A DNA stretch of 64,000 bases from a virus, in IMG/VR virus record IMGVR_UViG_3300025117_000028, positions 59,916 to 123,915 of that record; one strand, given 5' to 3'. The translations under genes and the position numbers were made by a program. The number at the start of each line of letters is the position of its first letter. Positions within the stretch are counted from its first letter, which is position 1. The notes beneath the pieces are model-generated. The model saw nothing but the letters and a program-made list of their open reading frames with translations. It ran no database searches and was not told where the DNA came from. This document shows, piece by piece, positions 40,122-49,742 of this stretch.

Positions 40122-40389
40122 TCGTCAATACTTTGAATAATTTTTCTTTAGCATTGGGAAATTGTTTTTCGTATTCTGGGTCAATTTCTCCTAGAAGATA
40201 TTCTCTAGATTCACAAATAATGATATTGTCTTCTGGTTTTGCTCCTATAATTTTACTGGTCGTAATTAATTTGCCATCTTCTTTATTGGGGTAATTATAT
40301 ATTTCACCTACTAAATGGGAAGAGATTAATTCAGGAGCTTGGTAAGCATTTCCTCGTTGTATGACAAACCAATTTTCAATTCTAACCAT
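40114..40389 (-). CDS. Conserved phage hypothetical protein
   Basis: IENW..YQAPE..L.GEIY..DGK.I.TS pattern. Confidence 0.55.
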   Translation of the reverse strand: MVRIENWFVIQRGNAYQAPELISSHLVGEIYNYPNKEDGKLITTSKIIGAKPEDNIIICESREYLLGEIDPEYEKQFPNAKEKLFKVLTNG

Positions 40390-40735
40390 TTTTTACCTCA
40401 ACTATGTTATACTCAAAATTTATAATGTAATTTCGATTTAGCAAATATGATTGATTGTAATTCTCTCCATAAACAAATAAATAATATTGTCTTTCACTAA
40501 AGAACCATTTTATAAAATTTCTCATTTCATTGTTTTCAGTAGGTTTCTTTGAAGGATCCCAAGGTCGAATATTCCATATAGCAGAAGATCTTGGCCAACC
40601 TTCTTTAAAGTTTATTTTTAAAACTAAATCATAGATTTTGGGTTTGGGGACATCCTCTATTTGATTCTTTTTAGACTTTTCCTCTGTTGATTCTTTGCAT
40701 TCACAAGGTTTTTGTTTCTTGAAAAACCATTTCAT
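40382..40735 (-). CDS. Hypothetical protein
   Basis: 117 aa, ATGA-coupled. Confidence 0.5.
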   Translation of the reverse strand: MKWFFKKQKPCECKESTEEKSKKNQIEDVPKPKIYDLVLKINFKEGWPRSSAIWNIRPWDPSKKPTENNEMRNFIKWFFSERQYYLFVYGENYNQSYLLNRNYIINFEYNIVEVKNG

Positions 40736-41094
40736 AGTATCTCCGTGTTTATATTAAAAAGATTTTTTAATGTTTCGAAATCAAAAGGTTGTACATACCG
40801 TACATAATAGGTGTATATATCTTTAGAATCGCAACCAAGATCTCCACATTCAAGGCTTACAAGTTCAATGTAATCGATATTGTGATTGGGATGAGGTGTC
40901 GAAGACCAGAACCAACTCTCTGTAAATCCCCAAACTTTATCAAAAAACGCTTGTTGTAGCTCTTCACTTGTTGGAAGTCTCCAGTTGTCTTTTTCTAAGT
41001 CTTTGGCTTGAAACCAAGTCATTGGTTTTTGGGTTGGTCCCCAAATTAATCTTCTTTGGAAGTCAATTGTAAGGCCATTGATTACTTTAAACAT
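40732..41094 (-). CDS. DUF1566/Lcl-C (C-type lectin-like) protein, copy A
   Basis: ID...LIWG...MTW..A...WRLPTSEEL...FWSS...YVRYV. Confidence 0.8.
   Translation of the reverse strand: MFKVINGLTIDFQRRLIWGPTQKPMTWFQAKDLEKDNWRLPTSEELQQAFFDKVWGFTESWFWSSTPHPNHNIDYIELVSLECGDLGCDSKDIYTYYVRYVQPFDFETLKNLFNINTEIL
41004..41094 (-). repeat. 91-bp perfect direct repeat shared by Lcl copies A and G (second copy 59637-59727)
   Basis: Base-by-base identity of the 5' ends of the two genes. Confidence 0.9.
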
Positions 41095-41096
41095 AT

Positions 41097-41471
41097 TTAT
41101 TTGTCCTGATTATGATGTCTTCTTCTCTTATCGATAAGACCTGTCATTTCTTGTAAAATGCCAGAGACGGGGACATATCTTAATCCACTAATAATTTTTT
41201 CTAATTTACTTATATAAGAAGAAGAAGCATTATAATAATATACTTTACCTTTAAACTTTATATCTTTAATAGCTTGTGCAACTTGTATTAAACCTTTTAG
41301 TTTTTCATGTTTTATAAAACTAAGGAATATATATTTATAAGTATCCCCGTTTAGATATATTTCATCTAATATCCCTTCAACGGTTTTATAAGATTTTATC
41401 CAATCAAAAGGTAATACTTTTTTGTAGTTGTTAACCATTTCATCGTTATCATCATAAACTAAAATTTTCAT
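41097..41471 (-). CDS. Receiver-domain-like protein
   Basis: MKILVYDDN N-terminus with alternating beta/alpha pattern; no clear phospho-acceptor Asp. Confidence 0.4.
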   Translation of the reverse strand: MKILVYDDNDEMVNNYKKVLPFDWIKSYKTVEGILDEIYLNGDTYKYIFLSFIKHEKLKGLIQVAQAIKDIKFKGKVYYYNASSSYISKLEKIISGLRYVPVSGILQEMTGLIDKRRRHHNQDK

Positions 41472-41860
41472 AGTTGTTGTCCGTTAGAGTTTATACCATT
41501 TAATAAATAAAGAGTCATCTGCTCTGCAGGGTAGTCTTCTTCCTCTAAAAAAATATCTAATAATGTCATATTTGGAGAAAAATAATAAGAATTTTCAAGA
41601 ATACACATTTCGTCTATCTCTTTTTTTTCAGTATGACCTATTTCGAATGACTCTAGAGTCCCTATATAGTTTTTAGTATTTAATATATCTGTAATTTTTA
41701 TAAAATATTGTTCTACAAACTTTAGGTGTTGTATAAGATAAAGGAGAATCATCCCTTTTTGTGGTTCTAGATTATTAACCATTGGAAGGTCTGTTATAGA
41801 TATACAGTCTTTATCTTTTTTCCTTGATATCCTTAATGGATTTCTTTTAAAATAAATCAT
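41468..41860 (-). CDS. Hypothetical protein, tandem paralog 1 of 3
   Basis: MIYFKRNPLRI...LPMVNNL...GMILL. Confidence 0.6.
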   Translation of the reverse strand: MIYFKRNPLRISRKKDKDCISITDLPMVNNLEPQKGMILLYLIQHLKFVEQYFIKITDILNTKNYIGTLESFEIGHTEKKEIDEMCILENSYYFSPNMTLLDIFLEEEDYPAEQMTLYLLNGINSNGQQL

Positions 41861-42234
41861 AATTCTTCCTGTGATTCATTAAGTAGATAGACATTCACAT
41901 TTCTTAAACTTGCTATTCCACAAGAAAATATTTCTGTCATTGTCATATTTGAATTATATTGATAAAACATATGGCCAAGACACATTTTACTTACATCAGT
42001 ATGTCTTTCATGTCGTAGACAAGTTTCCCATGTTTCCATTCCACAGGTATATATTGTATGAATTTTAGTGATATATGTTACCCTTCTTACAGATGGGTCA
42101 ATATAATCAATTAAAAGCAACATACCTGTCATAAGTTTTAGATTATTAACAACAGGAAGAGTCGTTATAGGTATACAGTCTGCATTTATCTTTCTTTTGT
42201 ATATTCGTAACGGATTTCTTCTGAAATATATCAT
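41857..42234 (-). CDS. Hypothetical protein, tandem paralog 2 of 3
   Basis: MIYFRRNPLRI...LPVVNNL...GMLLL. Confidence 0.6.
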   Translation of the reverse strand: MIYFRRNPLRIYKRKINADCIPITTLPVVNNLKLMTGMLLLIDYIDPSVRRVTYITKIHTIYTCGMETWETCLRHERHTDVSKMCLGHMFYQYNSNMTMTEIFSCGIASLRNVNVYLLNESQEEL

Positions 42235-42596
42235 AGCTTTTCTATATTTGATAAAAATGGATATAAATAACAGGAGGAAGAAAAAAGAAGCCCTAAACTA
42301 TTTTTAGGATCATAACTACCACAAATATTAACTCCAAATTTTGTGTCTATTATAGACTGGAGAGAAATTTGGTTTCTATTTGTTTCCAAAAGTTGATACA
42401 TATACCTTACAGATATATCTGTCGTCTCTATAATTTTTATTAAATAATAAGTACGCTCTGTATTTTTACAGAAAAGAACCATATTAGCTTGAGGTTTAAT
42501 ATTTGTTATATCTGGTAAAAATCGAAATTCATATAAATCTCCACGATCTGAAGGAAATGTTGTTAAGAGAACTGGATCTTTCTTTATATATAACAT
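42231..42596 (-). CDS. Hypothetical protein, tandem paralog 3 of 3 (divergent)
   Basis: MLYIKKDPVLL...LPDITNI...NMVLF. Confidence 0.5.
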   Translation of the reverse strand: MLYIKKDPVLLTTFPSDRGDLYEFRFLPDITNIKPQANMVLFCKNTERTYYLIKIIETTDISVRYMYQLLETNRNQISLQSIIDTKFGVNICGSYDPKNSLGLLFSSSCYLYPFLSNIEKL

Positions 42597-44839
42597 TAGT
42601 TCCTTTTTAAACTACAGGTGCCTCCCGAGCAAGCTGCTGTGGCTAATTGATCCGTCGAATCTATGACCTCATAGTAAGTTAGTTTTGAAAAATCTATATT
42701 TTTAAGGACTGAAACACGCTTTTCGTATTCCTCTTTACTAATCCTTTCTTTTGGAGCTAAGCGATATATATTGTCGCCATCTTCTTTAGGAAAGAAAGAT
42801 AATCCGCCAACTATATCCCAATTTTCATAAACCCAAGCAGCAACCAACAACCATTCACCTTCTCCTACATATATGGTGCAACTTGGATTATGCTCACAGT
42901 AATTAATTTTAACCATCTTCCAATATTCTAATTGCTCAATAGCTGACAAAGTATTAGAAAATACTTCGGCTCCTTCAGGAGCCCTAACCGGGAATTCTAC
43001 TGACCATATCGTTTCGTCATATTGATAACATGGAACGTTTTGATCTTTTAATAGTTTGAGCATTGGATCGGTATTAGAAATTTGAATTCTATTAATATAG
43101 TAAGGTGCATAATGTGTGTGCATCCCTTCGGAAGCACCTACTACTTTAGATAAAGTGCCCGACGGTTTAATGGCTGTAATAGCAGAAGCAGGATTAATGT
43201 TAAATTGTTTCGCGTAGTAAGTATTAACTTCTATAGTTCTGTCGCGCAAAATCCTTAGAACTTCTGGGTTTCTTACCATAGGACAATCCCATTGCCCAGT
43301 GATAGAAACTCCTAGAAGTCTTTCTTCTTTACAATTTTGTTCCCATTCGGGTGACATATCTGGAAAATAAGTCAATGTAGATTGATATGTCCCAATTAAA
43401 GTAGCAACATCTATTTTATGCAATAAGTTTTCTAGAGTATCATCAAAACGAACTACAATCTCGCTTAAATTACATAAACTATTAGATTGCAATACTATTT
43501 CCCCACAAGGGTTTACCCCTAGACTATTAATTCTTTTACCCAATAATTTAATTCTTCTAGGAGGTAAAGTTTTTCTAAAGGAATAGCGGTTGATAATTCC
43601 CCTCTCTCCCGACCCACTTTTAACTAAGTTTAACCATTCTTCCATAAAGACAGCTTCGCTTGGCTTATCAAATACCGGGTAAGCTACAGAATTATTTGCC
43701 CACATTCTCTGTTTGTTTGTAGACAGCCAATCGCCTGCTTTAGCTAGCCGCATATGTATATCGTCTAGTTCAGAAATGGAAATTAAAGCACTTCTTCGTG
43801 TTGAACCCGCTTCGGTACATTGTCCAATTTTACAGAGAATATCATGTATGTCTATACTCTTTAATCTTGATCCTTGATTGGCCAAAATTCTATTGCGCGC
43901 AAAATTTACTAAGTCTATAAAAGGACGATCTCCAGAAGCACGACCACCCATTGTCTTTAAGGGAGTTCCTACTGGACGAATTTGAGATGTGTCTAAAACA
44001 AAATTTTGTCCATTATATAATAACTCTAATATATAATTAAAACTTTTGACCCAACCTTCTCTTGAATCTTCAACTATAATTACTTCTGGATCTACTCGCT
44101 TTTGATATTTAATTTTTGGAAGATCATGAATAATACTATTCTCAACGGAGAACCCTACTCCTACTCCAAGCATGAGTAAGTTCATGGCCTCTCCGAAGCG
44201 TTGTAGCTCATTGGGAGTGAGATAGGAACAGTTATATGCACAGATATTAGTTCTATCTATTGGGAGTCCGGCTAGCTGAAAATGCCTCATAGAGAACATT
44301 GCTTTTTGTTCTAGTACTGATTCTCTAATTGTGTTGTAAGTAGGCTCGTCTAAAAGACCTCCTAACTGACGTCTCATATAATTAACGCTACGATCTACAG
44401 TCTCTTCGTATACTTCTCTTCTATTATGTTGTGGAAGCCAACGAGCATATGTTCTTGCATAAACAAATTCTCGACGTAAGTCGTGATCAAAATATTGTTT
44501 ATTTCGAATTACTAAATCTCTATATTCTTGAGAAGGAGCATACTTTTTATTCTTTTTTCTTTCCTCTCTATAAAGAATAAAGTTCTTAGCAGTCTTGTGC
44601 ATTTGTAGAGTTAAGAATACATATTCTACAACATCTTGTAACTCTTCTACATGAGGAATGTATTCTAGGTTTTCACTTAATTTTAGTTCAAAAAAATGTG
44701 AAATTTTATTTAGAACATCGTTATATAATCCTTGTTCTTCAATAGCTAAGGCATTTTTTATTGCTTTTTCTAATTTTTCTTCATCGAAAGAGACTGTTGT
44801 CCCGTTTCTTTTAATGATTTGATTTAAAATTTTATTCAT
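42596..44839 (-). CDS. nrdJ: Class II (B12-dependent) ribonucleoside-triphosphate reductase with N-terminal ATP cone
   Basis: IIKRNG..FD..K ATP cone; YARTYAR, AYNCSY, NPCGEI, TAIKPSGT and C-terminal ACSGGTC; no small subunit nearby. Confidence 0.9.
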   Translation of the reverse strand: MNKILNQIIKRNGTTVSFDEEKLEKAIKNALAIEEQGLYNDVLNKISHFFELKLSENLEYIPHVEELQDVVEYVFLTLQMHKTAKNFILYREERKKNKKYAPSQEYRDLVIRNKQYFDHDLRREFVYARTYARWLPQHNRREVYEETVDRSVNYMRRQLGGLLDEPTYNTIRESVLEQKAMFSMRHFQLAGLPIDRTNICAYNCSYLTPNELQRFGEAMNLLMLGVGVGFSVENSIIHDLPKIKYQKRVDPEVIIVEDSREGWVKSFNYILELLYNGQNFVLDTSQIRPVGTPLKTMGGRASGDRPFIDLVNFARNRILANQGSRLKSIDIHDILCKIGQCTEAGSTRRSALISISELDDIHMRLAKAGDWLSTNKQRMWANNSVAYPVFDKPSEAVFMEEWLNLVKSGSGERGIINRYSFRKTLPPRRIKLLGKRINSLGVNPCGEIVLQSNSLCNLSEIVVRFDDTLENLLHKIDVATLIGTYQSTLTYFPDMSPEWEQNCKEERLLGVSITGQWDCPMVRNPEVLRILRDRTIEVNTYYAKQFNINPASAITAIKPSGTLSKVVGASEGMHTHYAPYYINRIQISNTDPMLKLLKDQNVPCYQYDETIWSVEFPVRAPEGAEVFSNTLSAIEQLEYWKMVKINYCEHNPSCTIYVGEGEWLLVAAWVYENWDIVGGLSFFPKEDGDNIYRLAPKERISKEEYEKRVSVLKNIDFSKLTYYEVIDSTDQLATAACSGGTCSLKRN

Positions 44840-44847
44840 AATTACTC

Positions 44848-45201
44848 TTATAAAATTTCTATTGTAAAATTTAATTCTTTTAAAATCAAAGAATCAAGTG
44901 GTTTTACATATCGTACATAGTAGGTAAAACATTCATCCTCGTAGTCGGTATAGCCACTATAGAAAAGTATAACCCGTGAATAACCAGTATAATTAAAGTA
45001 GGGAGATGACGACCAAAAGTAATGTGATATAAATCCAGGAACTTTATCTATACATGCTTGTTTTAATTCATCAATTGTTGGAAGTCTCCAACTGTCTTTT
45101 TCTAAGTCTTTGGCTTTATTCCAGCTTCTTGGTTCTTGGGTTAATCCCCAAACTAATTTATTCTTGAAATCGATTGTAAGACCATTGATTACTTTAAACA
45201 T
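44848..45201 (-). CDS. DUF1566/Lcl-C protein, copy B
   Basis: WRLPTIDEL...FWSSS...YVRYVKPLDSLILKELNF. Confidence 0.8.
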   Translation of the reverse strand: MFKVINGLTIDFKNKLVWGLTQEPRSWNKAKDLEKDSWRLPTIDELKQACIDKVPGFISHYFWSSSPYFNYTGYSRVILFYSGYTDYEDECFTYYVRYVKPLDSLILKELNFTIEIL

Positions 45202-45203
45202 AT

Positions 45204-45659
45204 TTATTTTCCTGTTGAACCAAACCCACCTTTACGTATTTCTTGTTTAATCTCCAAACCTGTTCTTACGATTGGGATCAAAATACCTTGCGCAATACGA
45301 TCAAATATATTCAAAAAAATTGTTTCTTCTGTTGGGTTATAAACTGGGATTAAGATTTCATCTCTATAATCACTATCTATAACACCACTTCCAACAAAGA
45401 CTAACCCTTGTTTAGCTATTGAACTACGCAAACGAACATCTAAAAACATATTAGATGACATTTTTTTGATAAACAATCCGGTTTGCAGCATGACTATTTC
45501 TTTAGGTTTGATTAACAATTGAGAAAGACATTCTTCCCATTCTATTGGGGCAAGAATAATATCAAAAGCTGCAGAACCTGTTGTCGCATAATGGGGCATT
45601 TTTTCTGTAGGATATAATCTATCTTCTGCTACTTTTAATTCAAATATATATTCTGTCAT
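45204..45659 (-). CDS. dut: dUTPase (trimeric)
   Basis: GSAAFD, RSSIA, GVIDSDYR, RIAQ and RKGGFGSTG motifs; start at 45659 by ATGA overlap. Confidence 0.93.
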   Translation of the reverse strand: MTEYIFELKVAEDRLYPTEKMPHYATTGSAAFDIILAPIEWEECLSQLLIKPKEIVMLQTGLFIKKMSSNMFLDVRLRSSIAKQGLVFVGSGVIDSDYRDEILIPVYNPTEETIFLNIFDRIAQGILIPIVRTGLEIKQEIRKGGFGSTGK

Positions 45660-46015
45660 AATACCTCTAAGTTTTTTATAACTCCAAGCACTTCTAAAAT
45701 TGAGGAGTTTAATGGTTGCACATAACGTGTAAGACAATAGTCATCTTTATAGGTGTAATAAGGTATGCCAAAACCGAAATTTACAGTCCATACATAGTCA
45801 GTGAAATTCTCATAAGGTGTCGAAGACCAGAACCAACTCTTTGTAAATCCAAGAACTTCGTCAATAAATGCTTGTTTTAATTCTTCACTTGTCGGAAGTC
45901 TCCAACCGTCTTTTTCTAAGACCTTGGCTTTATCCCAATTCATTGATCCTTGAACTGGTCCCCAAATTAATCTTCTATTAAAGTCAATTGTATAACCATT
46001 GATTTTTTTAAACAT
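45656..46015 (-). CDS. DUF1566/Lcl-C protein, copy C
   Basis: WRLPTSEEL...FWSSTP...VWTVNFGFG...RYVQP. Confidence 0.8.
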   Translation of the reverse strand: MFKKINGYTIDFNRRLIWGPVQGSMNWDKAKVLEKDGWRLPTSEELKQAFIDEVLGFTKSWFWSSTPYENFTDYVWTVNFGFGIPYYTYKDDYCLTRYVQPLNSSILEVLGVIKNLEVL

Positions 46016-46889
46016 TTAACAGGTTCCCTATTGTTAAATATATTTTCGAGAGTTCTTCTTTGATAGAAGTTTCCTCTCTCTTTATAGATAAATTTCCAAA
46101 ATACATTTCTAAACATTCTAATAGTAAATCTTTTATTTTAGATTCATTAGGACTATATTGGAGAGTACTTTCTAAGTATATTTTTTCAAGAGATTTTTCT
46201 TTATCTGCGAACCAATTTTCTAGATATTCTAAAGTCCATTCTCCTCTTCGTATAGCCTTAAGTTGTTCTCTATTTCTTTCTAAATCTATGTCATGCTCTG
46301 ATAAAATTTGTTCAACTTCATTTAATAGTCTTACTACATGATAACCAAACTTTATATCCCAACCATATTGACTGATAAGTTCAGCTCTATTTCCTTCAGG
46401 ATTTTTTGTTTTGATTTTATGTAGCCGAGAATAGGCATAACCCTTAAAGGTATGCCATGCTTTTTTAGATAAGAATAGTTTTCTATTCTCTCGCACTCTT
46501 TGTCCTACTGGTGTTATATGAATAATACATCTTTCAGGAACAAATAATGAATCTATCATATTAGGGTTACAATTCATACATAAATCAAAATAACGAACGA
46601 TATTATAGATATCAATATCATACTCCTTATCTTGATCCTTGATATGATGCTGTTGAAAATTTTGAAATCGCAGAGATTGTGTTCCGAACCCTTGTATTTC
46701 TCCAGCTTCATGAGGGAATATCATAGTACGAGAAGGCAGAGCAAAGCCATATATATCAATATCCGAAGTATTGCTGCTTGCTCCATATGCAGTTGAGCCC
46801 ATAATAACTTCATATTGAACAGACTTATCTATACCATATGGGCAATTAATAAGTTGTTTAGATTGTAATTTAGATATTAAACTTCCCAT
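46008..46889 (-). CDS. Nucleotidyltransferase (RlaP/YcgL-like, Pol-beta superfamily)
   Basis: GSTAYG....SDIDIYG, NPNMIDSL and YAYSRL motifs. Confidence 0.8.
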   Translation of the reverse strand: MGSLISKLQSKQLINCPYGIDKSVQYEVIMGSTAYGASSNTSDIDIYGFALPSRTMIFPHEAGEIQGFGTQSLRFQNFQQHHIKDQDKEYDIDIYNIVRYFDLCMNCNPNMIDSLFVPERCIIHITPVGQRVRENRKLFLSKKAWHTFKGYAYSRLHKIKTKNPEGNRAELISQYGWDIKFGYHVVRLLNEVEQILSEHDIDLERNREQLKAIRRGEWTLEYLENWFADKEKSLEKIYLESTLQYSPNESKIKDLLLECLEMYFGNLSIKREETSIKEELSKIYLTIGNLLNV

Positions 46890-47152
46890 ATATCCTTTTT
46901 TACTTCGAGTTTTTCTTTTTCGCTTAACTCTAATAGTAATTCTTTACTAATTTGATTTACCGGGTATATATATACTGTTCCTGAATAACATTCGATGGTT
47001 ATACACACTTATTCAGAATCTTTAATCGTTCCGCCTTTATCTATATACATTTGACGCAATGTATCTACAATAAGGTTAGTGAATTCTTCAAGATTTTCCT
47101 TTGATGTAATTTTTCCTTTAAATTTATCGATTTTCATTTTAATACCTTTTAC

Positions 47153-47776
47153 TTAAAGTAGTACTGCTGCTAACTTTTGGGTTTCTTTCAGGATTTTCTT
47201 TAGTGCGGTTTCTATGGTTTCTTCTTCTTCTCCGTGATACAATGCAAAATATTCCCAGCCGTCGTCTTTCTTAGCCATAGCAGAGAAGAGTTCAAAACTT
47301 AAAGATGCCTGGCACTTGATATAAGCTTTTAGTTCTTCGTACCCAGCTTGCCAATCCGGCTTGACGTCCGCAGGAAGTTTGAGGCGTTCTGCGTATCTCA
47401 GATACACATGAGCCGGTGGAAAGGTTTTTGTAACTAAAGGTTTTTTATGTAGACACTTCAGGGCATTGTCTATATAATAGTCTTTGCGCCATTTCTTATG
47501 GAGCGCCCTTTCGTAGGGTTCAAGGAGATGGTCTGGCTGCTGGTATGAGAAAAAGTCTCTGCGCGCGACTTTCACATGGCGACGCAGTAATCTTTTAAAG
47601 TTACTAAAAGAAATGTCTTGTACGCCTAAATCTCCTTCTGCTTGTACCATTTCTCCTTGATACCAATAATGCACCCCAGAGTTATCTAGGTAAAACTCAG
47701 ACAATAATTCTATGTGATTTTTTGCAACCAAAGGGTACATATTAGCAAAATAGAGTAGTTGGCGTTTTAGACTCAT
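47153..47776 (-). CDS. Hypothetical protein
   Basis: 207 aa; visibly more G+C than its neighbours. Confidence 0.6.
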   Translation of the reverse strand: MSLKRQLLYFANMYPLVAKNHIELLSEFYLDNSGVHYWYQGEMVQAEGDLGVQDISFSNFKRLLRRHVKVARRDFFSYQQPDHLLEPYERALHKKWRKDYYIDNALKCLHKKPLVTKTFPPAHVYLRYAERLKLPADVKPDWQAGYEELKAYIKCQASLSFELFSAMAKKDDGWEYFALYHGEEEETIETALKKILKETQKLAAVLL

Positions 47777-47794
47777 TTTAATTCCTTATTTTTA

Positions 47795-48097
47795 TTATGG
47801 TCGCACACAACAGATATAACGACTATTATATTTGATGTCACTTCCAATAAAATTGTGCCTTACATAATAATATTGTTTTGACATTCGACATCTAGAAGAT
47901 GACCATAAAGATTTATTTTTTATATACTTTTTAATTTCTTCTGGTCCATTCTCAAATAAATCAATAAGTTCTTCTTTAGAAGGGCATCTTCCTTTTTGTT
48001 CTTCACACTAGATTTGAGTTTTCCTCCATGACATTGACTTTTCAGAGATTGGTCCCCACTTTAATCCGGTCCTAGGATCTTTGATCCATTCATTCAT
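47795..48097 (-). pseudogene. DUF1566/Lcl-C gene with an in-frame amber (copy H), missed by the ORF track
   Basis: MNEWIKDPRTGLKWGPISEKSMSWRKTQI*CEEQKGRCPSKEEL...LWSSS...CVRP*; TAG at 48008-48010; ATG overlaps the UDG stop (ATGA). Confidence 0.75.
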
Positions 48098-48693
48098 TTT
48101 AAATTTTCTGTGTAAAAATTATAAAAAATCTGTGCATGTTCTTTTGCTAAGTCCATCATAGATGGGTTACGTAAAATGTATGCTGGATGCATTAACGGCA
48201 TTACCTTATAAGTTTTACCTTCTAATAAATATTTTTTAACCTTACCACAATATTCTTTTACCCAATTTTGGATAACAGTATCAGTTAATGCTTGATATGT
48301 TGGCTTACCAAAAGTAATAATAAAACGCGGTTTTAATAAATTTATCATATTGTTTAAATGTGTTTTACACACATCATATTCTTCTGGCCGTGGATCTCGA
48401 TCTTTAAATTGACCATTGACCATTGTTCTATGTAGGACTATATTTGTCCAAAATATATCTTTGTGAGGATCTATCCCAATAGATTCGAACATTTCATTTG
48501 CAAATTGACCACTTGGTCCTACGAATGGCAGACCTTGTTTTTGTTCTTGTTCTCCGGGTCCCATACCTATGACCATAATATCGGCCAGATAAGATCCCCG
48601 ATTAACAACTATCTTAGAATTATTAGTATTTAGAGAACAAAGGGTGCAATTTTTTTCTTTAAGTTCTGTGCAATATGTTTCAAGCTGGTTCAT
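48094..48693 (-). CDS. udg: Uracil-DNA glycosylase family 4
   Basis: CTLCSL, GPGEQE, PFVGPSG, RDP..E...C and HPAYILR motifs. Confidence 0.9.
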   Translation of the reverse strand: MNQLETYCTELKEKNCTLCSLNTNNSKIVVNRGSYLADIMVIGMGPGEQEQKQGLPFVGPSGQFANEMFESIGIDPHKDIFWTNIVLHRTMVNGQFKDRDPRPEEYDVCKTHLNNMINLLKPRFIITFGKPTYQALTDTVIQNWVKEYCGKVKKYLLEGKTYKVMPLMHPAYILRNPSMMDLAKEHAQIFYNFYTENLK

Positions 48694-49735
48694 TCTTTGT
48701 CTCTATTGTGGTTAACCCATAGGATCTATCTAGCAAAAGTTTTAATTCTTCTGGGGGCATTGTTGCTAAATATTCAGCCATTCCATTTCTGCCTTGTGCT
48801 ACTTTTGTCCCATTAAGATAGTACCAAGCACCAGAATTTTCTAAGATACCTTTAGAACGTAATAAATCTACAGTACCAGCCCAAGGACTAAATCCTTGTC
48901 CAAACAGTAAATCTACTTCTGCTGTTCTAAATGGAGTAAATACCTTATTCTTTGCTGTCTTAATTTTACAAGTAAAACCTATTGGTGTTTCTTTTGGACC
49001 CACCCAATCTCCTTTTCGTAATTCTAATCTAATAGTTGCATAGAATTTTAATGCGTTTCCGCCGGATACCACATCTGGAGAACCATAAGAAATTCCAATT
49101 TTCTGACGAAATTGGTTTATCCAAATAAAAGTACAATTAGCTTGTTGGGCTAATGGGTTAAGCTTGCGCAAAGCCTTAGACATCATACGAGCTTGAAGGC
49201 CCATTTGTTGATCTTCCATTGTCCCATCTAATTCAGCTTTAGGAATTAAAGTCGCAACAGAATCTATAATAATTAAGCCATAAGAACCAGTTCTACATAA
49301 AGTTTCTGCAATATCTAACGCTTGCTCACCGTAATCAGGTTGACTAATTGTAAGCCGATTCAAATCGACTTCTAATTTCTGTGCATAATCTAGTTCTAGT
49401 GCGTGCTCAGAATCTATATATGCAACTAATAACCCCTGTTTTTGTGCTTGCGCACAAGCATGTAATGCAAGACTACTTTTGCCTGTTGCTTCCCATCCAT
49501 ATAATTCTATATGCCTTCCTCTTGGTAATCCCCTTCCTTTAGACAAATTATAATCTAAGTTTGGAAGACCCATAGGTATCCAATCTTTAATAGTGCATAT
49601 ATCTAAATCTTCGTTGGAAGCAATACAAGCTAAGCCTTCTCCAAATTGTTTAGCAATTAACTTAAGAGATAACTCTATTTCTTTTTGCTTTTCATCGTCT
49701 AAATTTTCAACAACTTCTGTATCTTTTTTAACCAT
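48680..49735 (-). CDS. recA: Recombinase RecA
   Basis: GWEATGKS Walker A; YIDSEHALE, ISQPDYGEQAL, IIDSVA, QARMMSKALRK and GGNALKFYA motifs. Confidence 0.97.
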   Translation of the reverse strand: MVKKDTEVVENLDDEKQKEIELSLKLIAKQFGEGLACIASNEDLDICTIKDWIPMGLPNLDYNLSKGRGLPRGRHIELYGWEATGKSSLALHACAQAQKQGLLVAYIDSEHALELDYAQKLEVDLNRLTISQPDYGEQALDIAETLCRTGSYGLIIIDSVATLIPKAELDGTMEDQQMGLQARMMSKALRKLNPLAQQANCTFIWINQFRQKIGISYGSPDVVSGGNALKFYATIRLELRKGDWVGPKETPIGFTCKIKTAKNKVFTPFRTAEVDLLFGQGFSPWAGTVDLLRSKGILENSGAWYYLNGTKVAQGRNGMAEYLATMPPEELKLLLDRSYGLTTIETKNEPA

Positions 49736-49742
49736 ATAATCC

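Noticed and set aside
46890-48097. Apparent non-coding gaps as a hidden DGR template repeat
   Set aside because: 46890-47140 reads as two short ORFs and 47795-48097 is an amber-interrupted Lcl gene. Neither has the AAC/AAT-run pattern of a template repeat.
33368-49735. Inteins or introns in dnaE, nrdJ or recA
   Set aside because: Lengths and motif spacing are normal; no C/S...HN-C/S/T splice junctions or LAGLIDADG motifs were seen.
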